From positions 11,475 through 75,474 of the forward strand of contig CAIUVD010000069.1 of the NCBI GenBank assembly GCA_903902515.1: a DNA stretch of 64,000 nt. The letters run 5' to 3'. The notes under the pieces were generated by a model. That model was not told the origin of the DNA and made no database searches. It worked only from the letters and a program-made list of their open reading frames with translations. A program made the position numbers and the translations under genes. Shown one piece after another: positions 1-9,503 of this stretch (position 1 is its first letter; every line of letters starts with the position of its first letter). This stretch comes from an uncultured Planctomycetota bacterium. Lineage in GTDB: Bacteria; Planctomycetota; UBA11346.

Positions 1-243
1 CACCCCGGGGGCCATCGCCCGTGCGCGTTGTGGCCAGCGGTATCGGCTGCAGCCCGTGTTACGGCACCGCCCGTCGCGATGCCTGCCGCAATAACCTCTG
101 CATGGGGCAGATTGGCGTCCATCAGGTCATCGCCGCCTGGCAGTCCCTGCACCACGAACCCCGCGCGGTGGCGTGACCGTTTGCGAACCGGAGCCACGTT
201 GGTCATGGGCCATGTGGCTGAGGTGGCAACGGCGTTATCGGGA

Positions 244-1086
244 TCACAACCCGCCGGCCCGCAGCACGTGGCGGTCTATCGGTAAATGATTGTCCGTCAG
301 GCGTAGGACCGCGGTCGTGGGATCCGCCGCCGCCGGGGCCAGGGCCCGACGGATGGCCGTGGCATCGCCGAGGACCTCCGGCCAGACCTCGCCTAGGTCC
401 TCGGGGGCAAAGGTCCCGCAGCGGCCCTGGAGGCTGCGCAGGGGTGCCGCGGGCAGGGCCAGGTCGCCCGCATGGAGGAGCACCACGCGCGCCGCGCAGG
501 GTAGGGATACCGGGTGGGCCAGGTCGCGGGGGGTGACGCCGCAGACCACGCCGTGCAGCACCGTGGGTTCGCGGAAGGCGGACAGGCTGTGGAGCACGAT
601 CTGCAGGTGCTCGGATCCGCCGCGGTCGTCGGTGGCGCGGACGAACAGGGATTCACCAAAGGTTTCGCAGGTCCCGGGGTAGCGCATTTGCAGCACGCCC
701 CGATCGTGGACCTGCACCAGCACGTGGTCGCCGTGGAAGCGAACCAGGAAGCGGGCCACGCCGCCGTCGTCGCGGAAGGTCCGGCAATAGCCGATCCACC
801 ACCCATCGTGGAAACCTTCGCCGCGCACGGCCGGGGCCTGTCGCAGGCGTTCGCGCACCGGGGCCGGGGCGCGATCCACCAGGGCCAGATCGCGCCAGCG
901 GGCGGCCTCGTCCGCTGACAGGCGCAGGGCCTCGGCGAGGGCTGCCAGGTGGGCCTCCGTGGGCAGGCGGCGTCCCGTACGCAGGCGGGAGAGCGTCGAC
1001 GCGGGCAGCCGCGTTTGCGCCGCCAAGTCGATCAGGGACCGGTCGGCAGAGCGTAGGGCGAGATCGAAGGCGACGGCGAAGGACAT
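244..1086 (-). CDS. XRE-family HTH transcriptional regulator with C-terminal cupin-like domain
   Basis: C-terminal ~280 aa of ORF 244..2142(-) begins MSFAVAFDLALRSADRSLIDLAAQTRLPASTLSRLRTGRRLPTEAHLAALAEAL, a classic HTH_XRE helix-turn-helix. Downstream FHDGWWIGYCRTF...FHGDHVLVQVHDRG looks cupin-like. The N-terminal 350 aa of the ORF is Arg/Gly/Pro-rich and antisense to the membrane-protein gene, so was discounted. Start ATG at ~1086. Confidence 0.6.
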   Translation of the reverse strand: MSFAVAFDLALRSADRSLIDLAAQTRLPASTLSRLRTGRRLPTEAHLAALAEALRLSADEAARWRDLALVDRAPAPVRERLRQAPAVRGEGFHDGWWIGYCRTFRDDGGVARFLVRFHGDHVLVQVHDRGVLQMRYPGTCETFGESLFVRATDDRGGSEHLQIVLHSLSAFREPTVLHGVVCGVTPRDLAHPVSLPCAARVVLLHAGDLALPAAPLRSLQGRCGTFAPEDLGEVWPEVLGDATAIRRALAPAAADPTTAVLRLTDNHLPIDRHVLRAGGL

Positions 1087-1102
1087 GGCCTCCAGGATGA
1101 TG

Positions 1103-1200
1103 ATTGCCGATTCCTGGCAATTGCCATGTGGGGATATAGAGAATTTTAGGACCTTTCTCGACATCTTGCCATCCTCGTGCCAAATTTTGGCAATGGTGCC
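1103..1200. promoter_or_regulatory. Divergent promoter/operator region with multiple TGGCAAT half-sites
   Basis: AT-rich 90-bp gap between divergent genes. Perfect palindromes TGGCAATTGCCA (1115-1126) and TGCCAAATTTTGGCA (1178-1192). Further ATTGCC/GGCAAT/GCCAAT copies at 1103-1108 and 1190-1200. Confidence 0.5.
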
Positions 1201-1236
1201 AATTCTCTTCCGGCGACGGCCTACCGCCCGTGGTCC

Positions 1237-2814
1237 ATGCTTCCGGTGTCGGAGCCCACCATGCGCCATGCCTGCCCACCACTCGCCACCCCCTGGTCCG
1301 CCTTCTTCGCCTGGCCTGGCGGGGCCAGTCTTCTCTACCTCGTCAGCGCCGCCTCCCTGTTGGGCGGCGCTGGCCTCGTCCTGGCGCCCGCCGTCGGTCT
1401 GGAGGACAGCGTCCACGAACGTCTGGCCATGGCCGGGACCGTGGCCCTCTACACCGGGGCCCTCCTGGGGGTGGCGACCCTGGTCTGCCACTGGCAGCGC
1501 GACCACGACGATGCTGTGGGGTTGAGCGTGCTGTTGGCCGTCTTCCTGGTGGCCTGCACCGCTCCCCTCAACGTCTTGGCCCTGGGCCGGCCGGTACTGG
1601 TGCCGCTCCTCGCGGGGGCCTGCGTGGTGGGAGCCTTGGGTGTGGCCCGCACCTGGACCCGGCGGGTGGGTGGCCCTCTGCCGTGGCACGTCAACTGTGG
1701 TGCCGGTCTGGTCCTGTTGGGCAGTGCCGCGGCCCCGGCCCTGCTGGCGGTGGCGGCCAGTGTTCATGGCGTGCCGGACCCGGGCCTGCTGCTGCCCTGG
1801 TGGCAGGGTGCCCTGGGGGTCGTGACCCTCGGTATCGTCGTCCTGGCCAGGGGCCTGGGCCGGCCTCTGGCCACCTCCCGGTGGCCGCGCCAGCCCACCA
1901 TCCTCCACGAGGACCTGCGCTGGATCCTGGGCCTGGTAGTCGCCATCGTGGGCACGGCCCAGGTGTGGGTGGCGAGTTACAGTGCCAGCCTGGGCCTGGG
2001 TTTCGTGGACCTGCTCCTGCCCGTGGTGCCCATGTTGGCGGCCCTGGACGGTTTGCTGGCCAACCGCTTCGCCGTCGCTCCCCTTGAGCGGGTCGTGTGT
2101 TGGGCCTGTCTGACGACGTTGCCCATCCTGTGCATCGGCCATGGTGCCCTGCCCTGGAGGGATGCGGGCCTCACCAGCCCGGCCCTGGCCTCAGCCCTGG
2201 GCGCCCTGCGCCTCGTGTGGCTGGCCTGGGAGGCTCGCCACACGGGTCTGGCGGTGATGGGGGTGCTGTGGGCTGCCCTGGCCACCGTGGGCTGGGAGGC
2301 GTCTGAGACTCACCGGGTTTTTCATCCGGTCGCGGCGGGCGGAGTACTGGTGCTGGGCCTGATGGGTGTGGCCTTGGCCCTACGTCAGGTGACCCTGGCC
2401 ATCCTGGCCGCGGCCATCGGCGTAGTGGGCCTCGGGCAGTACCTGGGGTGGTCGGGTGGCGGCGTGTTCATGGCCCTCGGCGGTCTGGTCCTGGCTACCC
2501 ACCTGGCGCTGGGACGGCGTCTTCCCACGCTCCTGTTGGTGGCCGGCAGCGGGGCCCTGGCCCTCGGCCTGCTGGGCTGGGCTAACGCACCGCACCTGAC
2601 GGGTCTGGAGGCCTCCCTGCTGGGGATGGTCGCCGGCGGAGCGGGAATGGTGCGTGATCGCCAGCGCTTGGCATCCTGGGCACCCTTGCTGGCACCGGTC
2701 GTCAAAGCCGGGGCGACCCTTGCCCTCCACCAGCCCGCCTGGGCCGCCGTGGCGGCGGCCTTCGTGCTCCTCGGGGTTGGTGCCCTGCTCAGTCGTCGCA
2801 CGGCTCAGCGGTAA
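1237..2814 (+). CDS. Polytopic integral membrane protein (~12-14 TM helices), function unknown
   Basis: ORF 1177..2814 is highly hydrophobic with regular Ala/Leu/Gly/Val helix-length segments and short charged loops. The tool start at 1177 is a GTG inside the operator palindrome. ATG at 1237 or 1261 is the more likely start. Confidence 0.6.
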   Translation: MLPVSEPTMRHACPPLATPWSAFFAWPGGASLLYLVSAASLLGGAGLVLAPAVGLEDSVHERLAMAGTVALYTGALLGVATLVCHWQRDHDDAVGLSVLLAVFLVACTAPLNVLALGRPVLVPLLAGACVVGALGVARTWTRRVGGPLPWHVNCGAGLVLLGSAAAPALLAVAASVHGVPDPGLLLPWWQGALGVVTLGIVVLARGLGRPLATSRWPRQPTILHEDLRWILGLVVAIVGTAQVWVASYSASLGLGFVDLLLPVVPMLAALDGLLANRFAVAPLERVVCWACLTTLPILCIGHGALPWRDAGLTSPALASALGALRLVWLAWEARHTGLAVMGVLWAALATVGWEASETHRVFHPVAAGGVLVLGLMGVALALRQVTLAILAAAIGVVGLGQYLGWSGGGVFMALGGLVLATHLALGRRLPTLLLVAGSGALALGLLGWANAPHLTGLEASLLGMVAGGAGMVRDRQRLASWAPLLAPVVKAGATLALHQPAWAAVAAAFVLLGVGALLSRRTAQR

Positions 2815-2864
2815 GGCCTTTCTGCTCTCATCTCCCTCTTTCATGCTGTCAGCCGAGTCACCCC

Positions 2865-3341
2865 ATGGATCAGCTTCCCTCCACACCCTGCCCTCTCACC
2901 CCCGTGGAACGCCGCAGTCCATGGTCCACTTGGTGGCAAGCACTCGTTCAAGCCCAGCATCCATCTGTGGGATGGCTCGGTCGACTCGCCCTCTTCGTGT
3001 GGGTCGCGTCCATACCGTCCTTGGCCATCCTCGCGAACCTGGTCGTCAAACAGTTCCATGAGATCGACGGTAACCATGTCGTGGCCCAGGTGCTGCACTA
3101 TGCCTGTTGTTCGGTTTTCTGGCCAACGGTCTTCTTCAGGCCCTACCGCCGTGGTCTGAGCAACGAGGCTTTCGTCGACACGCTCGTGCTTGTCCAAGTG
3201 GTGGTGGTGGTGGTGCTCGCGAGGTCCTACCTCATCAACACCCGCAACGTTCCCATTACCTTTCGGCACCTTTTGCCGACGGCCCTCGTTTTCGCGGCCA
3301 ATTCCGTCATGACCTGGACCCTGGGTATTCGCCACGCTTGA
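2865..3341 (+). CDS. Small hypothetical membrane protein
   Basis: ORF with three hydrophobic segments (LALFVWVASIPSLAILANLVV, VVVVVVLARSYLI, LLPTALVFAANSVMTW). The overlapping antisense ORF 2841..3335 is His/Arg-rich junk. No recognisable family. Confidence 0.35.
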   Translation: MDQLPSTPCPLTPVERRSPWSTWWQALVQAQHPSVGWLGRLALFVWVASIPSLAILANLVVKQFHEIDGNHVVAQVLHYACCSVFWPTVFFRPYRRGLSNEAFVDTLVLVQVVVVVVLARSYLINTRNVPITFRHLLPTALVFAANSVMTWTLGIRHA

Positions 3342-3383
3342 CCACCCGGAGGGGATTCCTGGGTGCTCTCGGGAGCCACGCGG

Positions 3384-4892
3384 TCAGCGAGTGGGCGTTG
3401 TGCGGAACGGTTCCATCAGGTGTCGGGGCGTCAGTCCCTGCCCGAGGATCCACCGGTCCCAGAAGCGATCCGCGACCTCTCCACCCAGGGTGGTCCGCAG
3501 GTGGGTTTGCCAATCTGCGGGGGTGGCCACATGCCAGCGTTGGGCCGTGGCCCAGGAGCGCAGGCAGGCGAGCCAGCGCTCGTCCCCCACCTCGCGCCGC
3601 AGGGCGGCGTAGGCCACCGCGCCACGACCGTACACCTGACCGACGTAGTCCTCCTCCGTGGGCTTCCAGGTGTCTGGGTGGAGGGCCGGGAAGGGACCCT
3701 GGGTGTGGCCATTCACCGCCATCATGACGATCTCCTGCTCCTGCATGCGTCGCAGGGCGTCGCTGCGCTGTTCCAGAAGCCACAGGGTCGTCCAATTGGT
3801 CAGGGATTCATCCAGCCAGGTGGCCCGCAGGGGATCGTTGCCGACGATCTGGTACCACCAGGCGTGGGCCGTCTCGTGGGCGGCGATCATCTCCACATAC
3901 CCCCGTTCGACCTCGGTGGCTACGCTGCAGGCGCCCGCGTCGATGAGGTACAAGCCCGTGGATTCAACACCGCCGGCGCCCTCGCCCAGGGGCGCTACCA
4001 CCACGTCCAATTCCCGGAAGGGGTAGGGGCCGAAGGCGGCGGCGCAGCGGGCCACGGCGGCCGCGGTGGCCTCCCGTAGCAATGAAGTCGCGTCGGCGGT
4101 GGCTGGCGTGGCCCACACCCGGACCTTGATGCCCGCGACCTCCTCCTCGTCGCGAACCCACGGCCCGCCCACCACTACGGTGAGGTTGCGCGTGAAGGGG
4201 CTGACGATGGTCAGGCGGCGGAAGGGCCCCGGTTCGTCCTCCACGGCGGTCACCGTGCCACCGACGGGAAAGGGCCCGCCATCGGGCACCCGCAGGCGGG
4301 CCGTGACGTGGGCCAGGACCGAGCGAGCTGGATCACAGAGGCTCGGGAGCGGATCCACCTGCCAGCGGCCATCGGCCCAGAGGGCCAGGTCCGGGTACCA
4401 GCCATGCAACACCGCGGGGCCATCGGGCTTCTGGCACGCGAGGCCGTGGTAGCCCTCATCCCGGGACAAGGTGTGCCGGAAGGTCGCCGTGCACTGGACG
4501 GAGGCCCCGGGTGCCAGGGGGCGGGCCAGGGACAGGCGCACCCCCAGGCCTTCGGCGATGACCTGGGGCGTGACCTGGCGGCCTTCTACCGAGGCGGCGA
4601 TAACCTCCATCGCCGCTCCATGGTAGGACGACTGATTGGCGTAGGTCGCCAACACCAGGTCCGTGAGGGTCGTGCCGGTGTCGTTGCGCCATACGAGGTC
4701 CATGTGCCCGACGACGGCGGTGCCGTCCCAGGTGGCGTCCACATTGATGCGCGCCGCCGTATTCCACGAATCCCGTTCCGCCGCCCCGGGGGCATGGAGG
4801 GCGGCGGCCCATGGTGGCGGTATCGGTGCGGGGCGCCCGGCGGCCAGGCTTGCTGCCAGCACAAGGACTCCGGTGGCGAGGATGGACTTCAC
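3384..4892 (-). CDS. Secreted M1-family zinc aminopeptidase
   Basis: N-terminal signal peptide MKSILATGVLVLAASLAAG. HExxH zinc motif HETAHAWWYQ followed by WLDESLT (the third zinc-ligand Glu), typical of peptidase M1. ATGA overlap with the upstream SpoU gene. Confidence 0.85.
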   Translation of the reverse strand: MKSILATGVLVLAASLAAGRPAPIPPPWAAALHAPGAAERDSWNTAARINVDATWDGTAVVGHMDLVWRNDTGTTLTDLVLATYANQSSYHGAAMEVIAASVEGRQVTPQVIAEGLGVRLSLARPLAPGASVQCTATFRHTLSRDEGYHGLACQKPDGPAVLHGWYPDLALWADGRWQVDPLPSLCDPARSVLAHVTARLRVPDGGPFPVGGTVTAVEDEPGPFRRLTIVSPFTRNLTVVVGGPWVRDEEEVAGIKVRVWATPATADATSLLREATAAAVARCAAAFGPYPFRELDVVVAPLGEGAGGVESTGLYLIDAGACSVATEVERGYVEMIAAHETAHAWWYQIVGNDPLRATWLDESLTNWTTLWLLEQRSDALRRMQEQEIVMMAVNGHTQGPFPALHPDTWKPTEEDYVGQVYGRGAVAYAALRREVGDERWLACLRSWATAQRWHVATPADWQTHLRTTLGGEVADRFWDRWILGQGLTPRHLMEPFRTTPTR

Positions 4893-5659
4893 CCCCGGTA
4901 TTCCTCGACCACCTCGCCATGGCGATCTTCGCCAAAGGTCTTGGCCACCACGTCCTCGCCCTTGTCGCGGCGGATCCAGCGGTCGTAGGTGGCGATCTGT
5001 TCCTCGGCCGACAGGTCGCCGGGCAGGTTGGCTTCCATCTCGCGCTGGCGCAGGGCATAGACCGAGGTCGCCACCGACACCGACAGATTCAGGCTCTGGG
5101 GGAAGCCGACCATCGGGATCAGGAAGGCGCCATCGGCTCCGGCCACGGCCTCGGGGGAGACGCCGTTGCCTTCGTTGCCGAACACCAGGGCCAGGGGCCG
5201 CTCATCTAGCAGGGGCTTCAACAGGCCTGGCCCGGGAACGGCCCCGGCGGCCAGGTCGCTGACCAGGATGCGGTAGCCGAGGGCCCGCAGTTCGGCATAG
5301 GCGTCGGCGATCGTCGGCTGGATGTGCAAGTCGAGGTACAGGTGGCTGCCCTGGCAGACCTTGGGGTTGAGGCGAAAAGCGTTCTTGGCGGTGGTGACCC
5401 ACACCCGATGGACGCCGAAGGCGTCGCAGGTGCGGACGATGGCGCTGGCGTTGTGGGGATCGAAGCAGTCCTCCACCACCACGGCCAAACGCCCGGTGCG
5501 CCGGGCCAGGACCTGGCGCCAGCGGGCCGCCCGGGCCGGGGTCAGGAGGGTGTCGCCGGGGTGGGGCGGCACGGGGCTTGGAATATCGTTGGGGAGGTCG
5601 GTACTGGCGGAGTGCATGGGAGGACGAAACGTGGTGTCGGATCCACCATGGTCCTCCAT
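4889..5659 (-). CDS. SpoU/TrmH-family RNA 2'-O-methyltransferase
   Basis: Motifs AIVRTCDAFGV and LVFGNEGNGVS with LIPMVGFPQSLNLSVSVA are diagnostic of SPOUT-class SpoU methylases. 4-nt overlap with the downstream M1 peptidase. Confidence 0.85.
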   Translation of the reverse strand: MEDHGGSDTTFRPPMHSASTDLPNDIPSPVPPHPGDTLLTPARAARWRQVLARRTGRLAVVVEDCFDPHNASAIVRTCDAFGVHRVWVTTAKNAFRLNPKVCQGSHLYLDLHIQPTIADAYAELRALGYRILVSDLAAGAVPGPGLLKPLLDERPLALVFGNEGNGVSPEAVAGADGAFLIPMVGFPQSLNLSVSVATSVYALRQREMEANLPGDLSAEEQIATYDRWIRRDKGEDVVAKTFGEDRHGEVVEEYRG

Positions 5660-5699
5660 CCCCCGATGCCAGGAGCAGCGTCTGGTGCGAAGAGCCGCG

Positions 5700-6494
5700 T
5701 CAAAAGGTCACTGCGCACCCCAGGCTGGTCCACACCGCATCTTCCGACGCCACCGACTCCTCCAGCGAACGCTGGCCGTAAACCCCCAGACGGGTCACGG
5801 TGGGCCCCAGGGCCAGGGGCAGGATGAGGCCGGCATCGACGTTGGACCAGCCAGGCTCCACGCCGAAGGCGCCGGTGTGGAAATCAGCCCAGGTCCGCAC
5901 GATCAGCGGTTGCAGGCCCAGGTCGCGCCAGGACTCCGGCAGGGCGATGGCGAGGGTGGCCGAGGGCTCTACCACCGACCCGGCGGCAAATACCCCCGGG
6001 GGATCCGGGGCCCAGTGGAACCAATCCACGGCCACGCCCCCGGTCACCGGACCGGCCGCCAGCAGGGACGGCAGGCCCGCCCCCAGGTTGAACTTCCACT
6101 GGCTGGTGCGGGCGAACGCGAGACCCTCGGCGGCCTGGGCGGGGGTCGCCGACGGGGTCTGGGGCTTCACCACATAGGTGCCATAGCCGTGAAGGTCGAT
6201 GGCCGTGGGGCCGTAGCCGATGATCCGGCCATAGATGGCCCGGAAGGCGATTTCGTCCTTCGACGCCTGATCGCGGTCGGCGGTCACGGACTGCCACACC
6301 AGGAAACGCAGACCGGGGAGGGCCGCATCGACGGTCACCCCGGTTTGCAGGCACGGCCCGTCGGTGACCAGGAACCCGTGGGAGACGAACCGGCTGACGG
6401 CGGTGACCTCGGCCCGGATGCCCAGGGGACGGTCTTCGGCCAGCAGGGCCGCCGCGAGCAGGAGGAGCGGCACGCTCCGGGATGCAGGGCACAT
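5700..6494 (-). CDS. Secreted hypothetical protein, possible beta-barrel (ends in Phe)
   Basis: Signal peptide MCPASRSVPLLLLAAALLA. Alternating hydrophobic/polar strands. C-terminal ...LGCAVTF. Confidence 0.5.
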   Translation of the reverse strand: MCPASRSVPLLLLAAALLAEDRPLGIRAEVTAVSRFVSHGFLVTDGPCLQTGVTVDAALPGLRFLVWQSVTADRDQASKDEIAFRAIYGRIIGYGPTAIDLHGYGTYVVKPQTPSATPAQAAEGLAFARTSQWKFNLGAGLPSLLAAGPVTGGVAVDWFHWAPDPPGVFAAGSVVEPSATLAIALPESWRDLGLQPLIVRTWADFHTGAFGVEPGWSNVDAGLILPLALGPTVTRLGVYGQRSLEESVASEDAVWTSLGCAVTF

Positions 6495-6498
6495 CGGA

Positions 6499-7329
6499 TC
6501 AGTCTTCCACAATCAGGAGATTGGTGACGGTGGCGGCGGCCCGGTGGTCTTCCCAGGACCACACCAGGCGGTTGTCGGCATCGAACTGGACGGCATGGGG
6601 GCCCTGGCCTTCGTGGCCGTGCCCACACCAATTGGCCACCACCACGTCGCCGTTGGCGAGGCGCTGGCAGCCAGAGAACCACAACAGCCGGGCCTGGGGA
6701 TGGGCCTCCTGGCCGCCGAAGCTGCGGACCACGGCCCCCTGGGCGTCCAGTTCGAGGACGCTGACGGCGGCGCCGGTCGAGGCCAGCAGATGGCCATTCG
6801 GCAGGCGCAGGCCGACGTACCCCTTCCCGGGCAGGGGAATGCGGGCCAGCACCTGGCCGTCCTCGCCCACCGACAGCAGCACCTTCGCATCTGACAGGCC
6901 GATGAGGAAACGGCCCGGGCCGTCTTCGCGAACCAGGCGGCCACCTTCCAGGCCCGCCACTGGAATCTCCTGCGGTGCCGTTGCCCCGGGCGCCAGCCGG
7001 AGCAACGCTCCGCTCCGCACGAAGAGGGTGGTGCCGTCGGTCAGGCGACGCGCGCTGCTGATGCCCGTACTGCCGGTCCAGGACCAGACAGGCTTGCCAT
7101 CGGCGAGGGCGTATTCCGTGGCCCCCGTGCCATGACTGACCAGCACCCGGTCGCCGAGGCGCTGGAGGTCGCGGCCTCCGGGGGGAAGGGCGATGCTCCA
7201 GCCCCGGTCGGGGCGGGCCTGGTCCACCAGCACTAGACGGTTGCCGCTGTTATCGAGAACGAGGAAACGGTGCTCAACGGCCAGGAGGGCCAGGGAGGTG
7301 CACCACAGGAGCAGGAGGGAACGGATCAT
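6499..7329 (-). CDS. Secreted beta-propeller repeat protein
   Basis: Signal peptide MIRSLLLLWCTSLALLA. Repeated blade-like segments (LVLVDQ..., LFVRSG..., VLLSVGEDGQVLARI, LLASTGAAVSVLELD, VVVANW, RLVWSWEDHRAAATV). 4-nt gap to the downstream gene, ATGA overlap with the upstream gene. Confidence 0.6.
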   Translation of the reverse strand: MIRSLLLLWCTSLALLAVEHRFLVLDNSGNRLVLVDQARPDRGWSIALPPGGRDLQRLGDRVLVSHGTGATEYALADGKPVWSWTGSTGISSARRLTDGTTLFVRSGALLRLAPGATAPQEIPVAGLEGGRLVREDGPGRFLIGLSDAKVLLSVGEDGQVLARIPLPGKGYVGLRLPNGHLLASTGAAVSVLELDAQGAVVRSFGGQEAHPQARLLWFSGCQRLANGDVVVANWCGHGHEGQGPHAVQFDADNRLVWSWEDHRAAATVTNLLIVED

Positions 7330-9503
7330 CGGGGTGCCTGGGGGACGTGGGGAATGGCGGGTTCGGTGTCATCGATCTGCAGCAGGTAGGCCACCAACTG
7401 GTCCCGTTCATCGGCGGTGAGCGTGCTGGTGACGCCGTGCCGGTCCTCGGGATTGCGGGAGGTCAGAACCTCATGGAGGGTCGCGGCGGACCCGTCGTGG
7501 AGGTACGGGGCGGTGTCCCACAGGCCGCGGAGGGTCGGGGTGTCCAGGCCGTCCAGGGGCTGCCCCCCCAGGCGCGTGCCGGAGGCGGCGGTGATGGTCC
7601 CCACCGCATGACGTTGGCCGAGGGCGCTGTCGGTGAAATCCGGGCCGCCGTGGCACGAGGCGCAGTCGAGGCGCTGGAAGAGGGCTCGGCCGGCCACGGC
7701 CGCCGGGGTCAGGGTTCCCTCGGCCGTGCGGGAGGGGCTGCGGCCCACGCGGTGCAGGCTGGCCAAGTAGGCGCTCAGGGCATCCAGGTCCTGACTGATG
7801 CCGGCCTTGGGTGTGCCCAGCGGCCGGTCATGGCCCTCACGGTGGAAATCGGCATCCGTCATCAGGCCGGTGCCGCCAAACGCCTGGCGGATGTCGTGCT
7901 CGAAGTCCTGGACCTCGTCGAAGTTGGCCGTCCAGTGCAGAGGCCCGTGGCCGGTGCCGCGACGACCCACCAGCGTGATGGTGTTGCGCAGGCCCTCGCC
8001 CCGGTCGCTAAAGTCCCAGGTCAGGCCGTCATGACGTCCGTCCTGATGGCAGGAGGCGCAACTGAGGTAGCCATCGAAACTGAGGGCCGGGTCCTCGGCG
8101 AGGTAGAACAAGCGTTTGCCGCGCAGGACCGCTGGCGGGAGGATTTCCGGCCCGCCGGTGCGGAGCGTGGCCAGGGTCAGGGCCTCGTTGGTGGTGCCCG
8201 CCAAGATGCCCCGCACATCGAGGACCGTCACGGTGCGCGACAGGAAACCTTGGACCCACAACTGCCCACGGTCGTCCAGCACCAGCCCCTGGGGTGCCGC
8301 CCCGACCCCCCGCAGGAGTCCCTGGCGGAGGTTCCCTTCCAGGTCCACCACCTCGACCAGATCATTGCCTTGGCAGGCCACGAAGGCGAGGTCGCCGACC
8401 GGACTGAAGGCCACGGCGCTGGCCATGGCCCGGTTGTCGAGGTCGAGACGGGAGGCGAGGTCCTCCTGAAAGGTGCCCAGGTCGAGCCGGGCCAGGATGG
8501 TGCGGACGGTGTTTTCGGGTGTGAGCGGTTGGCCGTCGCGACGCAGGCCCCGGAGGAGATTCGCCTTGGTGGCAGGGATGAGCGCCAGCCGACCATCAGG
8601 ACTGAGGGCCGGTGCGCCCAGGGCGTTGGGCAGGCCGCGACCGGAGGAGGTGGTGTCCTCCCCCGGATCCGGATCAAGGAGGGCCTCGCCCCGCACCGCC
8701 GCCGTGCGGGGATCCACCTCCACCCCCCGTCCGCCGCCGGCCCCGCTGAAAAAACACGTCACCAGGACGCGACGACCATCGGCGCTCACGGCCACGCCCC
8801 GGGGCTCCCGGCCGACCGCGCCCTCGGCGGCAATGCGGCGGAGCTGGGGATCGACCACCGCCAGCCGCCCGGTGCCCGCCAGGGTCACATACAGCCGCCC
8901 GTCGCCGAAGGCCAGACCGCAGGGCCGCGCCCCGTAGGCGAAAGCCACCGTGCCCAGACGCGCTCCGTCCCGCGCCTGATGCAGGGTCAGGGTGTCATCG
9001 TCCTCGTTGGCGACCCACACTTGGCCGTCCGGGGTCGCCACCACGCTGCGGGGATGGCGGCCCGTGGCGACGACCTGGCGCACCGTGCGGGTGGCTCCAT
9101 CGAGACAGGTCAGGGTATCCTGATCGGGATTCACGACCCACACCGCGTCCTGGGCAGGGTCGAGGGCGATGGGCGAGGACCACGAGGCTCGGCCGGGCAC
9201 GCGGGGATGGTGGATGACCTGCACCACCGTCTTGGACGCGGTCTTGCCACCGTGACGCGCCCGCACGAGCACCCCGTACCGGCCGACGGCGTCAAAGCGA
9301 TGCTCCACGGTGGTGGCCGGGCCGAAGGGCAGGACCGTGCCATCGGCGAAATCCCAAGCGATCTCCATCCCCGGGGGACCCTGGACCGTGAAGCGCGCCA
9401 CCTCCGCTACCGGCACCGGGGCCACGGGGGCCAGGGCGAGGTCGAGGGCCGGAAGGCACGGCGCCAGGACCAGCAACCACCAGCGAACCCGGCGGTGCGT
9501 CAT
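7326..9503 (-). CDS. Secreted multidomain protein: PKD-like domain + YVTN-type beta-propeller + di-heme cytochrome c peroxidase-like domain
   Basis: Signal peptide. N-terminal PKD-like fold (FTVQGPPGMEIAWDFADGTV...). Repeated propeller blades (VWVVNPDQDTLT, VWVANEDDDTLT, RLYVTLAGTGRLAVVD). Two CxxCH haem motifs, CASCHQDG and CASCHGGPDF, in the C-terminal ~300 aa, as in CCP/MauG-family di-haem enzymes. Confidence 0.8.
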   Translation of the reverse strand: MTHRRVRWWLLVLAPCLPALDLALAPVAPVPVAEVARFTVQGPPGMEIAWDFADGTVLPFGPATTVEHRFDAVGRYGVLVRARHGGKTASKTVVQVIHHPRVPGRASWSSPIALDPAQDAVWVVNPDQDTLTCLDGATRTVRQVVATGRHPRSVVATPDGQVWVANEDDDTLTLHQARDGARLGTVAFAYGARPCGLAFGDGRLYVTLAGTGRLAVVDPQLRRIAAEGAVGREPRGVAVSADGRRVLVTCFFSGAGGGRGVEVDPRTAAVRGEALLDPDPGEDTTSSGRGLPNALGAPALSPDGRLALIPATKANLLRGLRRDGQPLTPENTVRTILARLDLGTFQEDLASRLDLDNRAMASAVAFSPVGDLAFVACQGNDLVEVVDLEGNLRQGLLRGVGAAPQGLVLDDRGQLWVQGFLSRTVTVLDVRGILAGTTNEALTLATLRTGGPEILPPAVLRGKRLFYLAEDPALSFDGYLSCASCHQDGRHDGLTWDFSDRGEGLRNTITLVGRRGTGHGPLHWTANFDEVQDFEHDIRQAFGGTGLMTDADFHREGHDRPLGTPKAGISQDLDALSAYLASLHRVGRSPSRTAEGTLTPAAVAGRALFQRLDCASCHGGPDFTDSALGQRHAVGTITAASGTRLGGQPLDGLDTPTLRGLWDTAPYLHDGSAATLHEVLTSRNPEDRHGVTSTLTADERDQLVAYLLQIDDTEPAIPHVPQAPR

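Noticed and set aside
1-243. Open minus-strand frame running off the window start (MTNVAPVRKRSRHR...GGAVTRAAADTAGHNAHG...)
   Set aside because: No motif, mixed codon bias and only ~80 codons visible. It could be the 5' end of a gene extending beyond the window, but cannot be supported.
1177-1236. GTG start at 1177 for the membrane protein
   Set aside because: Lies inside the TGCCAAATTTTGGCA operator palindrome with no room for a promoter. In-frame ATGs at 1237/1261 just precede the first TM helix.
244-2142. 632-aa minus-strand ORF as a single gene
   Set aside because: Only the C-terminal ~280 aa (244-1086) has real protein features (HTH_XRE + cupin-like). The remaining N-terminal part is Arg/Gly/Pro/His-rich low complexity antisense to the 1237-2814 membrane-protein gene, and crosses the AT-rich operator region.
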